From positions 1 to 64,000 of the forward strand of contig JADIIX010000013.1 in NCBI GenBank assembly GCA_027604505.1: a stretch of DNA of 64,000 nt, in the 5' to 3' direction. A program made the position numbers and the translations under genes. The notes under the pieces were generated by a model that worked only from the letters and a program-made list of their open reading frames with translations, had not been told where the DNA came from and ran no database searches. Source of the stretch: Gonapodya sp. JEL0774 (Eukaryota). This document shows, in pieces, positions 51,401 to 61,992 of this stretch (position 1 is its first letter; every line of letters starts with the position of its first letter).

Positions 51401-51890
51401 GCCTGATGAGATGCACAACGAGATGTGGCGCGGGGTGGTCATTGAGCTCGACCCGGCGTGGACCGCGGAGAGGATCCAGCAGGAGCTGGCGTGGTTCCTG
51501 GAGAGGCCCATGTTGTTGCGGGCGATGGCGGTCGAGGCGTTCAGGAGGGCGAGGATGGGCATGACGTGCGCGGGGAAGGTGGATTCGTTGTTGGATATGG
51601 CGGCGAGGGCCAGGAGGGGTGACGTGGGGTACCACATGCCATACGGGTTTCGCGGGGTGTGCAGGCGTTACGGTGCCAAGGGGTCTGTGAGGAGTGGGGT
51701 ATGTTCGCATATGGTGCCTGGTGAGATAAAGGAGTGGGAGCAAGAGGAGAGGGAAAGGAAGGAGAGGGAGGAAGAGGAGAGGGTGCGCAGGGAGAAGGAG
51801 TTCTCGAAGAAGATGAAGGGGAAGACGACCACGAGGACCACCACGACCAGGACGACGACGGCGACGGCGGGAGTGGAGACTGGCACGTAG
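48473..51890 (+). CDS. Putative GT-B fold glycosyltransferase of uncertain family, with TM anchor and long Gly/Ser- and Thr/Pro-rich stem
   Basis: TM LLPFAILFIASFFFFY; YLWGPGFPGYD, VFGSTYGVLYPLR, YTAALRHTQICVFDS..IRKAIRKFHEAMLSGCVVASDLP, a GT-B nucleotide-binding-type segment. Confidence 0.7.
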
Positions 51891-53147
51891 AGGGGCGGGT
51901 GGTGTGAGGACACGGCTAGAAGGTGTCGTTTCTCTGGACTTTTTCTTATTTTGAACTGCGCTCGTTTCGCATTTTGAGTGGACTTTAGGACATGGACTGA
52001 GGGGTCTGGCGACCCATGCTCGTAATGGTGATGTGATGGATGTTTTTCGTGGATGAGATGAATCCGGCCGTCTGCCGTGGATACTGGCGTTGGACATGTG
52101 TTCCCTCGCTGTGTGTGCAATCACTGAAGTACAACCACACCAATAATCAGCGGATTGTGCGTAAAATGTTACGTACAGATTTACCGTTGGGGCTTAATTG
52201 AATTTTTGTGATGACTATTGCTGTAAGCTCGGTCGGGGATATTAGTGCACGTACGTAATACAGTTACTTTCACAACAACACCGTGACTCAGAATCGTTTG
52301 TGGGTTCTCGGATCAGCGGAATGTAACGAGTTCCCTTTTATTTAAAGTTATGAATGGAAATGAGACCGGGTAACCCAAACCATGCGTTCTAGGGACACAG
52401 GAACGTAAACAACCTCCTCTCTACGCACATTTTGCACGCAAATCAGCACACCGAGGCTGTGTTGACAAGCGTGGACTGGGCAAAGTTTTACCCAAACCAA
52501 TTTGAACACTTGATATTTTATTTATTTGCTGCCCAGCCCTCCCATTTGCTTTGCCTATGAAACGCGCACCAGCCCACAGGTTCATCAATACATGCGAACA
52601 TCAAGTTCACGAAGTCGCGTCCGGTCAAGACCTTTGCTTGATGATTGCAACCTGTGAGCTCTTCATCTCCGCTCCCACATGACGCGTAACGCTAACTAGA
52701 AGTCGCGTCTTCTTCCGAATCGCCAGGCTCTTGTCCGCCTAGCCCCGCTGAGTAACGACCCGCTAAAAACCTCGCTGTCCGGGATACATGGGTGGGAATC
52801 CTATCGATCCATAACGGCTGGGGGGGGTGCCCTACACGATGAGCGCTGCACCGGCAATGGGTTGCTTCGGCACTCGTTGTCTCGTGTATCTTTTGAGGGG
52901 GGCTACCATGGTGCGCCCTCGTTATTACGACGCATCCAGCGAAGCGCTCATTGAGCAGGTCAGCGGATGTGGAAGATGCCTGTTCATCGGACAAATTGGT
53001 AAGTATTGTCTGGGCGTTTCTCTGTTCGCACAACAGCAATTCAGGCTGGCTTGCCCTTTTGCTCTCATCTCTCAGTCAGTATTTTAATGTGTAGCTGTTT
53101 AGTTCTCACCCCAGTGCGCTACCGAGGAGGGTTGTGCGGGCACCCCA

Positions 53148-53209
53148 TTTCCACCTCGGACTGATCGGCGCATTGCGTGGTTGCAATACATGTCCGCACA
53201 ACCCCCGCT
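53148..53209. repeat. Dispersed ~62-bp repeat, copy 1, largely within an inverted repeat
   Basis: tttccacctcggactgatcggcgcattgcgtggttgcaatacatgtccgcacaacccccgct matches 60421-60492. Confidence 0.8.
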
Positions 53210-53812
53210 TGTTCCCGAGTCTTCACGCCCATGTCCTACTAGTGCACGTCCTTTTTGGCCCCTCCAATTGATTGATTGTTCCTGTTCAAAGTGGGAGGGT
53301 GGTGCCTTCGAATTCCCTTGCTACAGCACATACTCTACAGCATGTAATAACGTGACCTTGAAAGACATGACACTGGTACCAAACCTCTAGAGTGGTTGCC
53401 TTGCCTTGCCATTTACTCTTTGATTCATAAGGTGAGGGACCCGTAATAGGAAGTTGGTGAGAGTTATACTGCAGCCAACAAACACAGCAAGTGGCTTTTG
53501 TATTGTGATTCGCGAGAATAAAACAAACTATTCGTAACATGTGTCTTGTATGTATTATGTATAGTACAAATTATTGGTGCAAACAGAAGAGTTTTCTCAG
53601 TTCCCGTTCGCGAGCTATTCGTGCGGTGAAGAGGTTTTTCGCCTGTGATCCATGCTGACTGCTGAGTCCGCATAGCATGTCAATTCCTGCATCTCTAATG
53701 AATTGCGTTCCACAGTCCCAGCAGCCATTGAACTCTATCCCATCCCGTGGTATTTATTCCATCCATATGCCCGAACCTCGCAACCTACTATCACCTCTCC
53801 CTTTGTGCTCCG

Positions 53813-54871
53813 TTACTTTCGTTTCACTGTCTCTGTCTTCCGTTTTGCCGGTTTTGTCTTGACCGCCCGCAACTGCTGGAGTTCTCGAAACTTCCGCTGC
53901 CGTTCCTGAACCTCCTTGATTTTGGTGATGCACCGATTAAGACTCTCTCCTCCATCCATAATGTACACCTGAATGGTGGCGTTCCAATCTTTCAGAAGAT
54001 CAAACCCGTTTGTGGGGCGCGAGGTGAACGGCCAGCGTGTGCCCCTGCAGGAGTCCTTCCCTTTGTCTTTGCCACCATTGCTCCCACGGCCTATCCACTG
54101 CTCCAGCTCAGTTCGCCTCTCGTACACTTCCTGGTATCTCTGTCTTTGCCCAATGCGGAGTTGGTTTAAAAATCGTTCCAGGGAGTTCTCGCAAACGGTG
54201 GTGCCTTGGGTGTGCCAGAGGAGTGAATGGAAGAGAATATGATCTGATCTGGCGCTCAGCTGCTGCTGCTGTGTTGTTCTCACAACGTGGTCCCGTAGCG
54301 CTGCAATGTGCACGAGCTCAACGCATCCGTACTTATGGACCGCATATGCCTCAACTGACTGAATGAATAAGAGTCCTCCCTTGGTCCTCCTTAGAAGTTG
54401 AATCTCGTTTAGAGGGATGGCGTATTTGTTCATCATATTGAGGACGCCCGCAACAAGTTGCCAGCGTTCATCCCGCGAACACCGCACACACCGCTGCATG
54501 ATCATTCTCTCCAGCGAACTGCCCCCTGTTCCCTCCGAAAGCTCGTCCAAACAATGTAAGCATACTGGTGGGCACAAAGCCATGTGAGTGTTCACTTGGG
54601 ACACTCTTCGCTGCTCAATCAGCCACCACGACACTTCGATCGGCCAGCAAGCAACGTGGGAGAGCCACGCCGCCGTTTCGAATTTGTCGTCCGCAAAGAT
54701 GTACTCGTAGGAATCACGGCATGCAGCGGAGAAGGTCAGGCGGAGTGCGAGGCCGCGGGGAGTTGACGGGCAGCAGTACTCGAAGATCATATTGAGGGTT
54801 TCGATGGGGAGTGAAAGAAGGCCCGGCTGCGTGGTTGGCATTCTCGGCCAGTTGAAGCGTCGTGATCTCAT
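53813..54871 (-). CDS. F-box-like protein with Cys pairs and a basic coiled-coil tail
   Basis: 352-aa ORF; LLSLPIETLNMIFEYC...FSAACR; CLHC and CVRC. Confidence 0.65.
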   Translation of the reverse strand: MRSRRFNWPRMPTTQPGLLSLPIETLNMIFEYCCPSTPRGLALRLTFSAACRDSYEYIFADDKFETAAWLSHVACWPIEVSWWLIEQRRVSQVNTHMALCPPVCLHCLDELSEGTGGSSLERMIMQRCVRCSRDERWQLVAGVLNMMNKYAIPLNEIQLLRRTKGGLLFIQSVEAYAVHKYGCVELVHIAALRDHVVRTTQQQQLSARSDHILFHSLLWHTQGTTVCENSLERFLNQLRIGQRQRYQEVYERRTELEQWIGRGSNGGKDKGKDSCRGTRWPFTSRPTNGFDLLKDWNATIQVYIMDGGESLNRCITKIKEVQERQRKFRELQQLRAVKTKPAKRKTETVKRK

Positions 54872-55488
54872 TGGAGCTTCTCGCGGAACGATGCGGAGTT
54901 TGACGGGTTCGAGTGAGCGCTGCCTTGCTGCCTGGCACTGAAATAATGATGAGTGAAACTCAAGCGCCCATCAGGAGTTTACTCAAAGATAACAGTTTAG
55001 TCGTGAATAAACTTTATGCAGAAGTACTCAGAAATGAAAATTTGATCACGGATTAGCATCGGTACCCGAGCGTCGTCTTCATAAATATCGCATGATGTAC
55101 CTTTTCGGTCCTCTTTCTCCTCGTCGCCATTCATAGCGTAACAACGCACAGGATATATGTACTCTGCAAAAATTGATGATATGTCTTCACGAAGGAGCTT
55201 CGTCATAGATTGAGTGAGTGACCCACACCTTTCCGTCCTGCCCATGAAACGGGAAATGCAACCAACCTTCTTATCCAGCATTATTCAAGCTCACGGTCGC
55301 TGCTTGCTGATTTTAATTGCTTCATGAAATATCATGCAATCATCATTTATGTAATAGCGAATCGTAAATCCCTCAACAAGTATGGGATTCACGAATCTGC
55401 ACAACGTTTGAAGGCGCAAGTGCGAATGCTCGTTCGCTTTTTGCCCTGTAACTCCACGAGAGCGCTTTATTTATTGCAACTGCACTGG

Positions 55489-58271
55489 CTATTGCAAACT
55501 ACACCCCCGCAAGCGCTGCGAATACGCCCGTACGTGGTCAAGCCGAGATGGTTTAACTGGGTGCTGTTGCGAGGTTGGCGCTTTAGCGCGAGTAACGTCA
55601 TTTGTGGTGCGACTTTGAATACTTACAATCATGTGCCAATCATCCTTCGACAAAGCATCCACGATGTGCTCCCTATCGTGAGGGGTCCAAGCATAAATAC
55701 TTTGAATAGCTTCCCAATTTTCTATTGGTTCAACGGCCAATGAAACTGTGGGCACTGCTATCTCAAGGAAACATGAATGATTCGACATCACTTCCAAACC
55801 AAGCGTAAATTGCTCGAGCAAACGATTCGGAACATAAATAAAGTCTGATCCAGCCCCAAATGCAGGAACTTCAAATGGAGGAATTGGATTCAAGCCTGCC
55901 TCCAAAGCAATATTGGTGAGTTCTTCCTTCCAACTCTGAGGCAGAGATGTTATAGCTGATCTGCATTCGTTCTCGTATTTTTTAAACCAACCCCAACTAT
56001 CCGTGAACCTGATGAGCGAGATAAGTAAATGTGTTTAGTCAGCGGCAACAAGATGGCAGTCATTTGCCAAATTGCCCAACAAAGTCATGCTCACGGTCTG
56101 TCGAGTGCTTCAATCACCATTCCAGATCTCATAGCATCCGGTGCATGATACCATAGTTTGCTTTTATTGAGATTCATCATCAACGGTAGGTTTAATGCTG
56201 AAGAATTGAGAATCCGTTAGTGACTCTCTACATGATCGATAGATGAATATTGATGGGAGATCACCGTCGTCGTCATTGATGTAGAGGTATCCCGAATATT
56301 TTGGAAAGTCTTTCAGGGCTGTAAGAAGAGATCGATATCCAAAATGTCCTCTGTTCATCCCTCTTGGCATTTCCACAACCCCTGGATGAGGAGTGTCGGA
56401 AACCAAGATCTGCCAAAAGTTGCCTCGAATCCACACAGATGACATATAGTTAATAGTGGGTGTACGTACCATCCGCGTATCCTTTGAGTCGTGTGTTCCA
56501 AATATGGGTCCCAAAATCTCATCCAAGATGGGTATCACTGAGAAAATAGGATGATTGAAATTCACGACTATAGAATGGAGAGATGGTAGAATGGGCGCAT
56601 GAACTAAACTCGACATTCCTTCAGCTTATCACCTAGGAGAACATCCGCAAAGTGCGACTTCAAGGCAGGGATTGTTTCAAGCTCATATCTCCTCGAGCGC
56701 TCTTTGCAGCTTCGAGTAGACACCAAAGAACCATGAGGCTGTTGGGCGAGGCAATGGTCATGCTGCTTGCGCACCGTCTCTGGAACGGAGGTTCCGTCGA
56801 GTGGTGGCCGCTCCCAAGATGATAAGCTCGTGGCAGGAAACTTGTATCTGACAACACCCAGTCTCGCATTAAAGCTTGCTCAGGAACAATGGGCTGATTC
56901 CCTCACCCAATGCGCTCTAAATCTCGTAACCAGGCAATCGCTAACTTGACATCTTCCTCCCCAAGAAATTGGTGCTTGTTCAAATCTGAGAACATCATTC
57001 GGAACTTGGATTGAAGGGTTTTTTCGTTACTCTTCCAGCTTGCTAGAAACCGGGTGATTGGGCCTGCTTGATTGTAGATCTGCGACTCTTCAAAAAAATC
57101 GTCCAAATAGTTGTGGGCGTTGCGAATCTGATCGACCGTTGCGCCCCGGAAAGTCAGAGCGCCTCCCACATCCCAGAGAAGTCGCTGCATGTAGTATCCT
57201 CTCCAAATGTCACAGGTGCGGAAAGAGACTGTAACCGGCAAAAGTAACGCCCAGAATGCGTCGTAGTCAAAGAGCGTGTTTTGTGAATTGAAAGGAGCAA
57301 GGCTGCCTGGAGCAAGGCGGATTGGAGGAGTATCATTGCAAAAGTGAACATTCGGAAGGGAGTCTTCACCGCGGACCAGGCGAAAGACAGCGTCGACGTC
57401 AGGGTCGAGATTGGCAAGTCCTTGTAGAATGAGCGTTCTCCCAGCAATCCTGGTTCTATCACTGCCAACGTTAGGAACGTAGCCCATGAGATTAGTGCTA
57501 TTGATTTCTTCAAGAGGATATCCTCTGGGCCAGATATCCGCACGACCAAAGTGGGAGTATGGGTTGAGAATGGTGCCACCCTCGAGGTTGTAAACAGTGT
57601 ATGATTTGTCGTCTGCGTCCTTCAACGAAGAGAACTCCCATACTGGTCCCACGGGAAGGTTGTCGTCGTCCGTGTCAAAGATGATCTGAGCTCCCAAATG
57701 GATAGCGAACAGGTATCCAATGTTCTTACGCGTGTACGCCTTTTCGGGGATGAGTGAGACGACAGAGTACGGGAGCTGCTGCTGTCTCTCCAATGAAAGA
57801 AATATGCAGGTTCCTTCGCTCCAGTTTTGCGGTGACTTTGAGTCTCCAATGACCACGCCCTTAGAAGTTAAAGTTTGGTTGAGGTTTGAAACACGCCAAA
57901 AAAAAATGCTCTGAGAAGCCGCTTACCTGCCAGTCAGGGAGGTGGCAAAGTGTCCTCATTGTGTGCGTGGGTGGATTTATTGAGGTTACGACAATGAACT
58001 TCGTTTTCGATTGGACGACGTGAGCATACTGTGCGATGGTGTCCGTCCACGCCGGGTTTTCTTCATATTTGAGATTGATTGCATCAATCGGCAGCTGTCT
58101 GGAAGTTATCCAGTAGCTGCTCGCCAAGAGCAATACGATTACACTCGCTGAGATAGCTACAAGTCTGAGGAAGTTTACATTCGCGGTGACGTGGGAGGAC
58201 AGCGGCGCCAGTAATGAATTTGCATTGGCGAGAAGTCGCTTTGAATAGATAGGCAGAAACAAAGAGGACAT
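55489..58271 (-). CDS. STELLO-like (DUF288) glycosyltransferase, multi-exon
   Basis: TM LVAISASVIVLLLA; IVVTSINPPT, VVIGDSKSP, RKNIGYLFAI, IFDTDDDN, NPYSHFG..IWPRGYPL, QGLANLDPDVDA, PFNSQNT, DIWRGY; second domain GYLYINDD. Confidence 0.9.
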
Positions 58272-60420
58272 GGGAGATGCGTTGTTGTCGTCAAGGAAAG
58301 GGGAGAGGGCCCACTAACTGTATGACAATCCCCATATGGATAAATTCGTGGCCAGCCCTTGTGCCTGGTGGCGAAGAGTTGATCAAAACCAGAATCAAAT
58401 TCTGAGTCCCACACTGACGATAGAAGAATCGCCATCATGCCACCCGCTATTTCGTGTGCAATCGCTGGTCAATAAGTCGCAAAGGGGGAAAGGAAGGAAA
58501 CTTCTCCTAACTCGCGGCTCAGCTGGTTCCTATCCCGGAACACCCCTCGCTAAGCGCTATTGTGTGTCACTTTGAGTCGCTCGGTGCTTTTTGAAGACAC
58601 CCGGAATGAGGGAAGCGGGCGCTGGCACGAGAAACGAAACGGCAGGGGTGAGCCTGACGACACCTCTGCGATTCTTGAATGAAGAGCCCGGCAAGAGTTT
58701 CAGGTGCACAAACGAAACACAAACGGATTGCTTATCAGCCCCTCTAAGTGGGTGGTCGGGTCCATTGATTGTCGCGTCGGATGGGACCGGAACTGGTGCT
58801 TATGTACCTTTCCTTAACCCCCACTCTTCACACAAGTAGACACCATCGAGTAACCTCAGAGCCTTTCAGCGGGCAGAGTTCAGAGACTGGTCATGCCTCT
58901 TCTATTCCAGATGACGAGTCATCGGTTGACGCCCGCACACAACGGAACTCGCAAATTTTTGGCGGAGAAATTCCTTCGTGTGGGATCGGAAACAACGTAA
59001 CCCAGAAACGACGATACCTCTTGCGATTCGGCGACTGGACGTGGAGGGAAGAATTTGTCAAGCTCGTTGGCGAGCTGACCATATCTCGGAAGCATCGTAA
59101 ATGGATTGTAATGATAGGCGGGTTGCCGAAGGGGGAATTGAATGAGAGACGCTCCATATTCTTATTACGCAAACCGCCATTATTCATAATACATCGTAAT
59201 TACTCTTTTAAAATTATGTAATCATATAAGTCCTTTCCGAAACAAAAAAAGGGCACATGGGGGGTTGGAGAGGGGGAAGACCACAACACTTCAAACAGAC
59301 ATGTCACCGATTCCTGACTCGACGCTCTGGCTCACAAACGGTATTCTTGATGGCGTTCTTCCGGCTCTTGGACTTGTCGGTGGGCTCGTATCCAAGGTAC
59401 GTTTCCATTGTTCGCGATGAATGTGTCGGCAGGTTTAGTCCGACAACTAACTCTGCGAAACCCATCATCAGGGTCGCGATGCTCCTCTGCCGGACACTCT
59501 GTTTTCAATTGCGCTAGTCGGACTTTGGTATGAATCAGTACTGCTTGAGTCCGGGTGGTACTCATCGGCTCACCGCGATGTGTGATTTCAATGTGTGATC
59601 ATCGAACGAAATGGCAGCGGTGTTCCGAGTTTGTCCGTCTGGAACTCAGGAAAGTACACTGGTCATACAGAGGTACGCAGAAGTGATATGTTATTCTGAA
59701 ATCGTATGGCTCAGCTTCTTCCTTTCGATACATCTTATCGTTGTAGCTGGCATCCGGGCAGCTTGCCTACCACTCCATCGTTTCCTTGTTTCTTCTCCTT
59801 CGTAACAAAAAGGTATGACTTCTGTTACTGTGCGGCAAATTGTGGCACCAACCGTGACTTCTTCTGTACCATCAAGGCAGAGGAGGTCGTCCCTCAAAAC
59901 ACTTTCGCTGCAATCCACGCAGCTGTCGCTGTCGGTGAGGATCGCGTTGGTTTGAGCGCTCTTGTGCTGCCGCTGACAGTATTTGCACTTCTCAACCCTG
60001 TCGTATGATCGTAACTCGTCAGGCTTCTATCTTCATCTTGCCAAGTAAACATAGATACTGTAGCGAAACTCAGACTCGTAACAATATACTTCTTCTAGGC
60101 GCTGACAGAAGACTGTTCCGCCAAAACGATATCCAAGTTCCGATTCCGACAGTACACAAAGAACAACGCAGAGTTTGCAACCTGATCTTATCTGATCGCG
60201 ACGTTAATGTAATCACAATGTGAGCCACGGAAAATGCGCGAATGCATTATGGAGCTGCAATGATCGAACGATGACGTCTCGGTCAAAAGCGATCTGCCCT
60301 TCCTTCCCCCTCCTCCTCTCTTTTCCTCTCTCTGATCCTCTCCTCCCAAAAACATGTTCCCCCTCTCCCCGACCCCCCTCATTACAGGTTTCCTCGGCAG
60401 TGGAAAATCCACATGCCCCT

Positions 60421-60492
60421 TTTCCACCTCGGACCGATCGGCGCATTGTGGCGCATTGCGTGGGTGCAATACATGCCCGCACAACCCTCGCT
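60421..60492. repeat. Dispersed repeat, copy 2, with an internal 10-nt duplication
   Basis: Direct match to 53148-53209 plus an extra gcgcattgtg. Confidence 0.8.
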
Positions 60493-60861
60493 CTTTCGCT
60501 AGTCATCTCATCGTTCCTGTGTTTGTGGCTTGAGTTTTGCGGCTTCCGTTCACGTGTGTTTTGTAGGGAGTTGTTGGTGTTAGATTTGCATGCCTTGATG
60601 AGTGAATGGTCAGTCATGCACTACGTCCCTCTCGAACACTCCCATTCCTCCAATACCATTCAGTGACGTGTGCTTGAGTGGTGATTTCTCGTTTGGATCT
60701 TGGCCTTTTCAAACTCTTCGCAGTGCCTCTCCCTCGCACTCGGGAAGATGTTGAGAATGAGCGAGATGTGGGGCAACGATAACAAATTTTATCCAACAAT
60801 TTAGACTTTATTGAGTCGACCCTCCTTACAAAAAAAAAAGCAAAAGCTTCACGATCTCCCT

Positions 60862-61600
60862 CTAGTAACGACGGCCCCAAGGGCAATCCTTACGCCAGTG
60901 GCGTACTCCACAGTTGAAACAGAGCCCAGGAGGAGCGTCGCTGGTGTCATAGACGTTTCCACCCAAAGACTCGTACTTCTTGCCGTCGGGACTGAATCCA
61001 TGGCCGACCCGAATTGGTGAACCATCGTATTTGGACCTATGGAACGACGAGCGCGAGAGGGACACGTTCGACAAGGTGTTGGCCAGATCATCTACGTCGT
61101 ACACGGGGGTCTGGGGAGAGCCACTGAACGACTGACCCTTTGTGGAAGGAAAATCAGAGTGTTAGCTTATGTGTAACGTGTGGCACACTAGTATAACCAC
61201 TCACCGCAGACTTCTCTGTACGTCCCTTCTTTACTTTCGGTGGTGGCGTCGCTGGCTCCGACACGGTCACCTCTTCCTGGGCGGCGGGCGCTGGGAAGCC
61301 GCAAATGATCTGTTATTTGAGGGTGGATTGAAAGAAAAAGGGCATCAATAGGTTTGTCAGGACTCCGCTAGCTTAAATTGCCGGTGGTGAAACCGGAAGA
61401 TGGATGCAACTTACCTCGTTACCGGTCGATGCCACATCCTCAGCATTCGCACCAGGCACTGATGGGCGAACGGGAACGAGGTCTTGACCCACGGTCTCAC
61501 TTAGAGCTTCGACGGTTTGCTGGCTCGAGGAACTCTGAAGCGCTTCGTCTACAGGTTGGTAAGAAGATAAAGTTATCATTCGCGGTTTCAGGTTTCAGAC
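60862..61600 (-). CDS. Small multi-exon protein ending in a zinc knuckle; 5' end uncertain
   Basis: GLCFNCGVRHWRKDCP at the C-terminus; upstream low-complexity exons with GT-AG-like boundaries. Confidence 0.55.
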
Positions 61601-61992
61601 AGGAAGTTATGCTCACGTGTGGACGAGCTGGAGCTCTGCTCGGAATCTGAGCCAGAGTCCGCATCGTGGTATTCGGACGGTGGGATAACAGTCTTATCGA
61701 TCGCCATTACTTGGACGTGTTTGAGACCGATTCACGACAGCGAATCGGCGCGCTTTTATAGACATTTCAGTGGCTGAATCCCTGTTAGCTTTCAGTCTGT
61801 GGTGTTGGTGGTGTTGGTAGTCGTTAGCTTACCCCAATATATTGCTCCTCATGTCCCTCAAACCCTGTTAGCTTACCGTAAGCTAACAGCCCACATCAGG
61901 CCCGATGGTCTCCGACGATCGTATCTCTAATCCAACTTTCTGGATTACTGTAATTCATTCGCATTCTTCGGGACTCTCGTTCGAGCGCACGG

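Noticed and set aside
49708..52124. Long minus-strand ORFs (261 and 384 aa)
   Set aside because: Antisense shadows of the GT-B gene in high-GC sequence
53129..53209. U1 snRNA or hammerhead/HDV ribozyme reading of the hairpin
   Set aside because: ATTGCAC- and CTGA-like words are present, but there is no ATACTTACCTG 5' end, Sm site or complete CUGANGA/GAAA core
58300..60300. Scattered short ORFs, some hydrophobic
   Set aside because: No coherent gene model or motif
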